Origin: an uncultured Gemmatimonadales bacterium
Lineage (GTDB): Bacteria; Gemmatimonadota; Gemmatimonadetes; Gemmatimonadales; GWC2-71-9
Direction of reading: 5' to 3'
DNA: 64,000 nt
Assembly: GCA_963779755.1 (NCBI GenBank)
Contig: CAVZZO010000003.1
Coordinates: 1,632,001-1,696,000, forward strand
In this document: positions 9,440-17,492 of the stretch, piece after piece
Layout: the number at the start of each line of letters is the position of its first letter
How positions within the stretch are numbered: the first letter of the stretch is position 1
Program-made: the position numbers and the translations under genes
Notes under the pieces: model-generated
Database searches by the model: none
What the model saw: only the letters and a program-made list of their open reading frames with translations
Told to the model about the DNA's origin: nothing

Positions 9440-9868
9440 TCAGGCAGTCGCCGCGGCGGCTTTCTTCCGGCGCGTGGTCTTGGCCCGGCGTCCCTTCGCC
9501 TTCGACCGCTCGACCGTGCGGGTCAGCTCCTCCACCCGGCGGGTCAGCTGCATGATCTCTTTCCGGGTCGGCACGCCGATCCGGTGCAGCGCCGTGGTCA
9601 TCCCGCTGTCCAGCGGGGCCGTCAGACGGTCCATCGCGCCGCCGGCGTCGGTCCGCAGATCGTCCATCCGGTCTTCCACCCGGGTGATCATCTTCTGCAG
9701 ACGACTCTTGTTCACCTTCTCCAGCGTCTGGCCCTTCTTGACCAGCGTCCGGAACAGCTTGCTCCCTTCCTCGCCGGCCAGGGCAAAGGCGCCGAGCCCG
9801 GCCAGCCAGATGTTCTGGGCCGAGCCGCGGAGCGTCGGCACTGCCGTGGTCTTCTTGGTCCTGGGCAT
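9440..9868 (-). CDS. Phasin (PhaF/PhaI-type granule-associated protein)
   Basis: SAQNIWLAGLGAF..EEGSKLF..LVKKG, LHRIGVPTRKEI..L..RVEEL and a basic K/R/A tail. Confidence 0.88.
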   Translation of the reverse strand: MPRTKKTTAVPTLRGSAQNIWLAGLGAFALAGEEGSKLFRTLVKKGQTLEKVNKSRLQKMITRVEDRMDDLRTDAGGAMDRLTAPLDSGMTTALHRIGVPTRKEIMQLTRRVEELTRTVERSKAKGRRAKTTRRKKAAAATA

Positions 9869-9915
9869 ACATCCTCCTTACAGGTAATTCGTCCTGCCGT
9901 GAACGGCCTCCGCTC

Positions 9916-10401
9916 TTACGCAGAGGCCGTGTGCCGGCGGCGCCGGCCGCCCGGCTTGCCACTCTCCCCCACCCGCGTGTGTTCCAGCGTCTCCAGCGAC
10001 TGCTCCAGCCGCGCGATCCCCTCCCGCAGCGCTTCCATTTCACCCCGCGCCGCCCGCACGCTCGGCAGCCGGTCCACCGAGGAGCGCATCAGGCTGCCCA
10101 CCCGCGTCTGCAACTGCTCCACCCCGGTGTTCAGCGCCTTCTCTCCCCGGCGAATGACGTCGTGAAACAGTTCGACCGGGAGAAACGAGATGCCGCGCTT
10201 CTCGCCCTCGAAGATGATCTGGGCCAGGGTCTGGGATGTGACGTCGTCGCCGCTCTGGCTGTCCACCACCCGGAGCTCCTGCCCGGCGCGAATCCACTCC
10301 CGGACCTCGTCCAGCGAGATATACCGGCTCTCTTCGGTGTCGTAGAGCTTGCGGCTTCCCCCACCGTACCGCTTGATCAGCCGGATCATCTCCGCCGCCA
10401 T
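9916..10401 (-). CDS. phaR: PhaR-type polyhydroxyalkanoate synthesis regulator (DNA-binding domain)
   Basis: IKRY..SRKLYDTEESRYISL..VVDSQSGDDVTSQTLAQII matches the PhaR N-terminal signature. Start is 10401 or 10389. Confidence 0.85.
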   Translation of the reverse strand: MAAEMIRLIKRYGGGSRKLYDTEESRYISLDEVREWIRAGQELRVVDSQSGDDVTSQTLAQIIFEGEKRGISFLPVELFHDVIRRGEKALNTGVEQLQTRVGSLMRSSVDRLPSVRAARGEMEALREGIARLEQSLETLEHTRVGESGKPGGRRRRHTASA

Positions 10402-10491
10402 CCTTTCCGCAGCGGGGCATGGTTGCCGCACTGCGGTATAACACTAGACAATCCGCCATGAAGGCAGCGTGAATCGCGCGTGAGAAGGCGG

Positions 10492-11568
10492 CTAGCGGGA
10501 AGGGCGAAGCGTGCGGTCGGTCGCCGACAGGCGGCGCAGCAGGTCCCGGCCGAGCGCGCCCAGCTCCGTCAGCCCGGTAGGAGGATCGGCCAGGAGCGGC
10601 AGCCCGGCCACCGGATGGTCGGGTAACAAATCCTGCAGCAGTTGCAGGCCGCGCTGGTCGCGCTCGCCCTGCCACGCCAGGAGGCGCAGTCCCTCCGGCA
10701 CCGCCGCTGGAAGCGCCGAGGCGGGCAGGGGCGGGTGCAGCTGGTTGGCGACTACCGCGCGCAGGTGATATCCCTCCTCCACCAGCCGGCGGGCGAAGAA
10801 CATGGTGTCCGCGTTGCGCTCATCGCCCGGTCCCGCTACCAGCAGAAAGGCGGTGCTCCGGTCGCGCAGCAGGTCGCGTACCGACCCGGCGCGCTCACGG
10901 AATCCCTGATACAGGGGAGCGAAGGCCTGGAAGAACTCGGCCATATCCCGCAGCAGCCCGAGCCCCACCAGCCGGTTCAGCATGGCCTCCACCCCCCGAC
11001 CCACCACGCCCCCGCGGATCCGGCCCCGGGCATCGAACCAGGGCCGCAGCGCGATGCGCCATGCGCCGCTGTCGAGGAACTGCACGATCCGGTCGGGCGC
11101 GTGGAGAAAATCGAGGGCCTGGCGTGTGGGCGGCGTGTCCAGGATGATGCGGCCGTAACGCTCGGCCTCGGCCACCTCGAAGAGGCGCTCCACCGCCATG
11201 TACTCCAGAATGCCGGCGAGGCTGCCGGAAAGGTGATGATAGAACCGGTTGGTGAAGATGCGCTCGGCGGCCGCGTCGTCCGGCGAGTAGCGGGCCACCA
11301 GCCGGTCGAACGTGGCTCCGGCATCCAGCAGGCTCGCATGCAGGCTGCCCCGTGCGCGCAGACGCACCGGGATTTCACGGTCGGCGCCGGCGAGCCCCAC
11401 CCCCAGGGTGTCCTTGAGCCGGCGCGAAGGATCGAACGTCATCACCAGCGTGTCGGCTCCCGAACGGGCGGACGCTACGCCCAGGGCGGCGGCAAGCGTG
11501 GTCTTCCCCACGCCGCCCGATCCCACCACAACCAGCAGCGGATAGCGCAGGAGCGAGCCGTAACTCAT
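10492..11568 (-). CDS. ArsA/Get3 family ATPase (variant P-loop GSGGVGKTT)
   Basis: GSGGVGKTT, TFDPSRRL and DTPPT motifs. Confidence 0.9.
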   Translation of the reverse strand: MSYGSLLRYPLLVVVGSGGVGKTTLAAALGVASARSGADTLVMTFDPSRRLKDTLGVGLAGADREIPVRLRARGSLHASLLDAGATFDRLVARYSPDDAAAERIFTNRFYHHLSGSLAGILEYMAVERLFEVAEAERYGRIILDTPPTRQALDFLHAPDRIVQFLDSGAWRIALRPWFDARGRIRGGVVGRGVEAMLNRLVGLGLLRDMAEFFQAFAPLYQGFRERAGSVRDLLRDRSTAFLLVAGPGDERNADTMFFARRLVEEGYHLRAVVANQLHPPLPASALPAAVPEGLRLLAWQGERDQRGLQLLQDLLPDHPVAGLPLLADPPTGLTELGALGRDLLRRLSATDRTLRPSR

Positions 11569-12464
11569 GCGTCCACTCCGGCCAGCTGGGTACCGAGTCG
11601 CTCGGCCAGTGCATCCACCAGATCCCGTCCGGGGGGCAGGGGAAGCAGCGGCAACGCGGGCAGCGCACCCGGCCAGGCCCGAGCGAGCCTGGCCCGTTCC
11701 GAACGGTTCAGCTTCCAGCGCGCAGTCCAGAGCTGCAGCGCGCTTTGTGCTGCCGCGCCGAGCGGGGGAAGTCCGGCGGGAACCGCGGGATACATCCGGT
11801 TGAGGACGATCATCTCCGGCCTCCGCCCCAGCCGTTCGCGGGCGGCGGCGAGCAGCTCGATAGCCTCCTGAACCGGGAGCTCCTCTGCCAGAGCGCCCAG
11901 CACCAGCCCGCAGTCCTCTCCCGCCAGGAAGCGGGCGAGATCCCGGGCCATGCCGCCCAGCTGGCCGTCCCCCAGCACATCGCCCAGGAGGGCCGGAGCG
12001 CTGAGGAGAGAGATTCCATGACCGGTGGCGGGCGCATCCAGGATCACCTGGTCCACGTCAGGCCCCGTTTCCCCGCGGATCACCAGCAGGGCGTGGCCCA
12101 GCACCGCCATCTCTTTCAGGCCCGGCGCCCCCGCGGTAAAGTGCTGAAAGACCGGGTGCGCTACGATCCTGGAGGCAACGGCCCGGATCTTTACTTTCTG
12201 CCGCACCAGTTCCTCCAGCACCGCCCTGGGCTGGATGTTCTGCACCCAGAGTCCGGGACCGCTCTGCACCGGCGTCCCGCCTGACGGCGGGCATTCCACC
12301 AGCTGGTGCAGGCTCTCCCGCGGGTCGGTCTCCATCAGCAGGACCCGCCGCCCCTCCCGGACAAACAGGCGGCCCAGCGCGGCGGTCAGCGTGGTCTTGC
12401 CCACGCCGCCTTTCCCGGTCACCACCAGCAACCGGCGCCGAAGCAGGCTTTCCAGAAGCGCCAT
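11565..12464 (-). CDS. ArsA/Get3 family ATPase
   Basis: GKGGVGKTT, ETDP..SL, APGLKE and DAPATGH motifs; ATGA overlap with the partner gene. Confidence 0.9.
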   Translation of the reverse strand: MALLESLLRRRLLVVTGKGGVGKTTLTAALGRLFVREGRRVLLMETDPRESLHQLVECPPSGGTPVQSGPGLWVQNIQPRAVLEELVRQKVKIRAVASRIVAHPVFQHFTAGAPGLKEMAVLGHALLVIRGETGPDVDQVILDAPATGHGISLLSAPALLGDVLGDGQLGGMARDLARFLAGEDCGLVLGALAEELPVQEAIELLAAARERLGRRPEMIVLNRMYPAVPAGLPPLGAAAQSALQLWTARWKLNRSERARLARAWPGALPALPLLPLPPGRDLVDALAERLGTQLAGVDA

Positions 12465-12505
12465 GCCGCCAAGGTAGTAAGCGGCGCATGAAGCGGATAT
12501 GAAGA

Positions 12506-12604
12506 AGGAGTCAGGAGTCGGGAGTCGGGATCAGGGCCCCCATTCCTGACTCCTGATTCCCCATTCCTGATTCCTGATTCCCCATTCCTGATTCCTGATT
12601 CCCG
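12506..12604. repeat. Inverted pair of heptamer arrays (GGAGTCR)n / (ATTCCTG, ATTCCCC)n in the divergent arsA-xdhC intergenic region
   Basis: ggagtcaggagtcgggagtcgggatcaggg followed by cattcctgactcctgattccccattcctgattcctgattcccc... Confidence 0.85.
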
Positions 12605-12626
12605 GCTCCTCCCTTAGTCTTCGCTC

Positions 12627-13694
12627 ATGCGCGATGTTCTTCGGGAATACCAACGCCTGCGACAGGATGGAACGGAGGTCGGACGCGCTGTCGTCACGGC
12701 CGTCTGGGGATCCGCTCCAAGGCCGGCGGGAGCTTCTCTCCTGGTTGCCGCCGACGGACGCATGGCGGGGTCGGTCTCGGGTGGCTGCGTGGAAACGGCC
12801 GCCGCCGCCGCCGTCCTCGAGGTCCTGGCGAGCGGCCAGCCACGGGTGGAGCGGATCGGCGTCAGCAATGAAAGCGCCTGGGAGGTAGGACTGGCCTGCG
12901 GCGGCACCATTTCGCTCCTGCTGGAGCCGTCGGTGCGGGAAGAGCTGCTGCTAGCGGCGGGTGGCGAGGGCGGTACCGTGATCGGGACGGTGGTGGGGGG
13001 CGGCACCGCCGTCGGCGCGTCCATTATGCTCCTGCCGGAGGAAGGCCGGGCCACCACCGCCGATCCGCTGCTGCGGCGCCTCGCGCCCGACCTGCTGGCG
13101 GCCGCCGCCGGGGCCCTGGGCACGGAGCAGAGTAGCGTGGCAACGGTGGGCACCGGCACCGATCAGGCGGAGGTCTTTCTCGAGGTCTTCCCCCGCCGGC
13201 CACGGCTGGTGGTCTTCGGCGGCGTGCACATCGCCGCGGAGCTGGTGACCCTCGCCCGGCGCATGGGCTTTCATACCGTGGTGGCCGATGGACGCGCGGT
13301 CTTTCTCACCCGCGAGCGTTTTCCCGATGCCGATGAGCTGATCCTGGCGTGGCCGGAGGAGGCCTTCGCCCGCACCGGCCTGGACGCCGCGACCTACGTC
13401 TGCGTCCTCTCGCACGATCCCAAGTTCGACGAGCCGGCTCTGCGCCTGGCCCTCCGCTCGCCGGCCCGCTACATCGGCGCCATCGGATCGAAGAAGACCC
13501 AGGCCGACCGGCGCCGGCGCCTGGCCGAGGCGGGGTTTGCCCCGGAAGAAATCGGGCGCATTCACGGCCCCATCGGCCTGGACCTGGGCGGCCGCGGCGC
13601 GGCCGAAACCGCGCTGGCGATCCTGGCGGAGATGATGGCGGTCCGGTTTGGCGCCTCCGGCAGGCCCCACTCGGGAGAAGGCGCAACGTCCTGA
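12627..13694 (+). CDS. xdhC: XdhC/CoxI family Mo-hydroxylase maturation factor
   Basis: WGSAPRPAGA, GSVSGGCVE, GLACGG, SHDPKFDEPAL, YIGAIGS and GPIGLDLG motifs. Confidence 0.95.
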   Translation: MRDVLREYQRLRQDGTEVGRAVVTAVWGSAPRPAGASLLVAADGRMAGSVSGGCVETAAAAAVLEVLASGQPRVERIGVSNESAWEVGLACGGTISLLLEPSVREELLLAAGGEGGTVIGTVVGGGTAVGASIMLLPEEGRATTADPLLRRLAPDLLAAAAGALGTEQSSVATVGTGTDQAEVFLEVFPRRPRLVVFGGVHIAAELVTLARRMGFHTVVADGRAVFLTRERFPDADELILAWPEEAFARTGLDAATYVCVLSHDPKFDEPALRLALRSPARYIGAIGSKKTQADRRRRLAEAGFAPEEIGRIHGPIGLDLGGRGAAETALAILAEMMAVRFGASGRPHSGEGATS

Positions 13695-13718
13695 GACTGC
13701 CGTTGCGCCGAGCGGTCT

Positions 13719-14240
13719 TCAGACCGCGGTTTCAGCCTCCCGCTGCTCATCCGCGCTCGGCCCGTACATTCCCGGCACCGGCACATCGTTCAGCCGCAGA
13801 TACACCGTCAACTGCCCGCGGTGGTGCACGATATGATTCAGCAGGAAGGCCCGGATCGCCGCGACCCGGGGCAGGGTCATCATTTTCTGCCCGCCCTTGA
13901 TGAATGTCCACGGCTCGGCATAGCCGGCATCGTCGCGATCGAGCGCCGCCCGGGCCCGGGTGGTGCAGCGGTCAAACAGCTCCAGCAGCTCGGTCCGGCT
14001 GGCGGCACGGGTGGACTCGAATCCTTCGGCCATAGCCTCCAGGAGATCGAATTCGGTATTGTCCATGATGGCACCGGCCCAGTCGTAGGCCTCGGCGATG
14101 TGGGAGGCGAGATGGCCCAGGGTCATGGACCTGTCATGGGGCTGCCAATCCAGCCGGTCCTCCGGCACCCGCTCCAGCACCCGCCGCGTCTGTGCGGTTT
14201 CCTGATCGAATTCCGGTAGCAGCAGTTCCTTGATTGTCAT
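13719..14240 (-). CDS. DinB/YfiT family protein
   Basis: TRRVLERVP..W.PH..SMTLGHLASH and NHIVHHRGQLTVYLRL..VPGMYGPSADE. Confidence 0.92.
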   Translation of the reverse strand: MTIKELLLPEFDQETAQTRRVLERVPEDRLDWQPHDRSMTLGHLASHIAEAYDWAGAIMDNTEFDLLEAMAEGFESTRAASRTELLELFDRCTTRARAALDRDDAGYAEPWTFIKGGQKMMTLPRVAAIRAFLLNHIVHHRGQLTVYLRLNDVPVPGMYGPSADEQREAETAV

Positions 14241-14270
14241 CGGTCACCTCGTATGAAGGATTCCAGCGCT

Positions 14271-15173
14271 TCACTCCGCCACGGCCTCTCCCTCGCTGGC
14301 TGTCAGCCGGGCATACAGCTCCCCCAGCCGGCGGGTCACCGGCCCCGGCTGGCCCGTCCCGATCCTGCGGCCGTCCACCTGGACCACCGCTGCGATCTCG
14401 CCCATGGTGCCGGTGCAGAACGCCTCTTCGGCCCGATAGACCTCCGCCTGGCTGATGTCGCGCTCGGCGTGGGGGATCGCATTCGCCGCGCAGAGCTCCA
14501 ACACCGCCGCCCGGGTGATCCCCTCGGGGCAGGCGACGGCCCGGCTGGTCAGGACCCGGCCGGATGAAACGATGAACAGGTGCGTGGCGTTGGTTTCCGC
14601 CACGAAGCCGCGCTGATCCAGCAGCAGGGCATCGTCGGCCCCGGCCGCGTTGGCTTCGATCTTGGCCAGGATACTCTGGATCAGGTTGCAGTGATGGATT
14701 TTCGGATCGAGGCAGTCGGGCGGGAAGCGGCGGATCGAGCTGGATGCCAGCGTGATGCCGCTCCGGTCATACACCGGCGGCTTGAACTCGGCCAGCACGA
14801 TGAGCGTGGGCCCCGACTGATTGAGCCGGGGGTCCATCCCCGAGGTGATCTTGACGCCGCGCGTCAGCGTGAGCCGGATATGGACCCCGTCCCGCATGCC
14901 GTTAGCGGCCAGAGTCTTCCGGATTTCGGCCGTGATCGCTTCGTGCGACGGGATCTGCTCGAAGGCCAGGGCCAGGGCCGAATGGCGCAGCCGGTCGAGA
15001 TGCTGGCGCAGCCGGAAGATGCGGCCGTCATAGAGCCGCAGCCCCTCCCACACCGCGTCGCCGCCCTGGACCGCCGAGTCGAACGGGCTGATCCCCGCCT
15101 CATTCCGGTGAATCAGCCTCCCATTGATGTTGATCTGGAGATCCTGGTTGCGTGCGTCGAAGGTCTGGAGCAT
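14271..15173 (-). CDS. Class IV PLP aminotransferase (BCAT/ADC-lyase-like)
   Basis: SPFDSAVQGGDAVWEGLR, HLDRL, PKIHH.NL, ETNATHLF, GITR and GTMGE motifs. Confidence 0.92.
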   Translation of the reverse strand: MLQTFDARNQDLQININGRLIHRNEAGISPFDSAVQGGDAVWEGLRLYDGRIFRLRQHLDRLRHSALALAFEQIPSHEAITAEIRKTLAANGMRDGVHIRLTLTRGVKITSGMDPRLNQSGPTLIVLAEFKPPVYDRSGITLASSSIRRFPPDCLDPKIHHCNLIQSILAKIEANAAGADDALLLDQRGFVAETNATHLFIVSSGRVLTSRAVACPEGITRAAVLELCAANAIPHAERDISQAEVYRAEEAFCTGTMGEIAAVVQVDGRRIGTGQPGPVTRRLGELYARLTASEGEAVAE

Positions 15174-15183
15174 CCGTGGGACC

Positions 15184-15228
15184 GGAGTCAGGAGTCAGGA
15201 ATCAGGGATCAGGAATCAGGAATCAGGG
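15184..15228. repeat. (GGAATCA/GGAGTCA)n heptamer array
   Basis: ggagtcaggagtcaggaatcagggatcaggaatcaggaatcagg. Confidence 0.88.
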
Positions 15229-15306
15229 GAGCGGCGTGGCAGTCCTCGGCTTGCTCGACCACCTCGGCCCTCTCGACCGCTTCCAGGAGGCCAACCCACC
15301 ACGCAG

Positions 15307-16056
15307 CTATCTGAGCGCGTATTGCGCCATCTCCTCATAATATGGCCGGCACTCGGCGAGGAGGCCGCGCAGGGAGGGCGACAGCTCCAGCGTGCGCTCG
15401 CGGTAGGGTTCGAACCCGGTGGACTGCTCCACCCGGTGGTACCAGTATTTCGCCCAGATGCCGTCGGTCTCGCGGCGGCCCGGCGGCCAGCTGAGCATGG
15501 ACTCGGAAAAGGCGATGCCCAGCCGCTCGCAGAGTGCGCCCAGGATGCGGCGTGGATTCTTCAGGATGTCGGACGAGTCGATGACCGGCGGTATCGCGCC
15601 GGTGTGCTCCCGCACCTCCCGGAAGATCTCCACCTGCTGGGGCAGACCGGTGTCCCGCAGGGTGGGCGGGCCCATCCGGGCGGTGAGCGAGGGCAGCATC
15701 CCGGCCGGGTCGCGAATGAGAAAGCAGTTGGTCAACCGGGTAATCCAGCCGCGGTCGACTCCGGGCAGGAGATGATGCGCCATGTGCTTCTGATAGAAGA
15801 TGGCGGCACCGGGCGGAACAAACTCGGTGAGCCACCGGGTCACCCGGGGCCAGTCGATATCGTGCGCGGCGATGACTTCGTCACGCCCCGGATGGCTCAC
15901 CTCCACCTGCGTCAGGTAATGGGCGTAGAGCGGCTCATCGCAGACGAACGTATCCGGCCGGTTCTCCCACGATCGCATGAGGGCGGTAGAGATGTTCCGT
16001 GGGCCGGACCACATGGCGAGGCGGATCAGGGAATTCTCAGACGACACGGTGCGCAC
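15307..16056 (-). CDS. Sulfotransferase-like P-loop protein (family associated with BCAT-like genes)
   Basis: AMWSGPRNISTALMRSW, DEPLYAHYL, YQKHMAHH, FLIRDP and DGIWAKYWY motifs. Start uncertain. Confidence 0.8.
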   Translation of the reverse strand: MRTVSSENSLIRLAMWSGPRNISTALMRSWENRPDTFVCDEPLYAHYLTQVEVSHPGRDEVIAAHDIDWPRVTRWLTEFVPPGAAIFYQKHMAHHLLPGVDRGWITRLTNCFLIRDPAGMLPSLTARMGPPTLRDTGLPQQVEIFREVREHTGAIPPVIDSSDILKNPRRILGALCERLGIAFSESMLSWPPGRRETDGIWAKYWYHRVEQSTGFEPYRERTLELSPSLRGLLAECRPYYEEMAQYALR

Positions 16057-16090
16057 CGGGTCTCGGAGAGCCGCATGACATAGGGAGCCG

Positions 16091-16480
16091 TCAGGAACTC
16101 TGAGAAGTCTTCCTGGCCATCTCGCTCACCAGCCAGTCCTTCGCTTTTTCCGCGTCTTCAAACGCCTTGATATTCCGGCCGGTGATCCGCATCATCGCCG
16201 TATACGCCACCCGCTGCAGTCCCTTCATCCCCACTACCGCGCCCGCCACCACGAAGCGCCGGTTCTGCGAGACCATCTCCCGCAGCTCGCCCAGGATCTC
16301 AGCGTCGAAATGCGCGTCCTGGACGTTGGTTAGTGTCAGCACGGAGTGTTCCGGCTGGGCCTGGATCAGGCGCCGGGCCTGTTCGATCGCATTCAGGCCT
16401 TGCTCGGTGGTGCGGACCTCGGAAAAATCCAGCGAGGTGATCTGCTGGCCCCGGTGGGTGATCATCTGAATGCGTTCCAT
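16091..16480 (-). CDS. Small STAS/SEC14-like (SpoIIAA-like) hypothetical protein
   Basis: ATG 16480 preceded by AAGGGAG. ITSLDFS..VLTLTNV..AVVGMKGLQ..IKAFEDAEKAKDWL. Confidence 0.75.
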   Translation of the reverse strand: MERIQMITHRGQQITSLDFSEVRTTEQGLNAIEQARRLIQAQPEHSVLTLTNVQDAHFDAEILGELREMVSQNRRFVVAGAVVGMKGLQRVAYTAMMRITGRNIKAFEDAEKAKDWLVSEMARKTSQSS

Positions 16481-16572
16481 GTACTCCCTTCCAGCCCCGT
16501 GTGCTGACGTCATGGCGTCCGGTCGGGCCCGGGTATAAGATACACACCCACCCTCTGGAATCATTACTGGAG

Positions 16573-17385
16573 ATGCCCGTGCCTTCCTGCCGGCCGGGCC
16601 CCCGCTGCCCCACCGGGGGCTCCCCAGGGTCATCCCGAACTCAAGGCGCGCTCCGGCCCGGGCTCCTCCCGCCGCTGGTGCTGCTGGGCATGCTGCTGCT
16701 CTTCGCCCTCTGGTACACCGGCCGGCAGGAACCGCCCAAGGCCACCGAAATCCAGGTGGTCCACCCCGATTCTACCGGCCGCGTATCGCGGGCGCGGACA
16801 CCCGCGCCGGCCCGGGAGCCCGATTCCACCGCCGATACCCTGAGGATACCGCCGGAGAGCCTCGCCGCCGACACCCTGCCCCTTCCCGCTCCCCCGCCGG
16901 GCACGGAGCCGCCTGCCGCGCCCTCGTTCAGCGGCCCCCCCGGCCGGGTGCCGCTCGGGATGATGACGGACTACGCCCGCTCCCTGCGCTTCGACCTGAG
17001 TCGCGGGCTCGAGCTGCGGCAGATCCCCTCCGGCAGCCTGGACCTCTCGCTGGCGCCGGTCAGCGGCATCCGCCTCCTGGGCTGGCCCGAGCTGGAACAG
17101 GGCCGGCTTTTGGCAAAGATCGAGTCCGGCCGGCGGGATGATCAGCTCGGACTGGTTCGCGGCACCGTGTATCTCTGGATCCAGGGGTCGCCCGCGAGCG
17201 GGCTGACCGCCAGCCTCGTTCCCACGACCGCCTTCAACCCCGTCCACCGCACCGATGCCGTCACCTACCGGCAGGGTGGCGTCCGTGAGGTGCCGGTGGG
17301 ACACGATATCTGGCTGGTCCAGCCCGCCGACTCCTCGCGGGCGCTGTACGTGGCCTGCCCCGGCGGATGGTGCGTCATCCGATAG
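16573..17385 (+). CDS. Hypothetical membrane-anchored protein with a Pro-rich linker and C-terminal CxxxxC
   Basis: Hydrophobic LLPPLVLLGMLLLFALW segment, Pro-rich stretch, then a globular C-terminus ending ACPGGWCVIR. Start uncertain. Confidence 0.6.
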   Translation: MPVPSCRPGPRCPTGGSPGSSRTQGALRPGLLPPLVLLGMLLLFALWYTGRQEPPKATEIQVVHPDSTGRVSRARTPAPAREPDSTADTLRIPPESLAADTLPLPAPPPGTEPPAAPSFSGPPGRVPLGMMTDYARSLRFDLSRGLELRQIPSGSLDLSLAPVSGIRLLGWPELEQGRLLAKIESGRRDDQLGLVRGTVYLWIQGSPASGLTASLVPTTAFNPVHRTDAVTYRQGGVREVPVGHDIWLVQPADSSRALYVACPGGWCVIR

Positions 17386-17492
17386 GAACCAGGGGCCAGG
17401 AATCAGGAACCCGGGTGCTCCGGTTGAGCCTAACCCCGCGGCCCGATTCCCGGTGCCCATTCCCCATTCCCCATTCCCCATCCCTATCTCCC

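Noticed and set aside
10492..12464. Arsenic resistance operon
   Set aside because: No arsR/B/C/D genes; the ATPases are single-domain and lie in a phasin context.
893..12500. Genomic island integrated at tRNA-Asn
   Set aside because: No integrase, no duplicated tRNA 3' end seen, and composition looks like the rest of the window.
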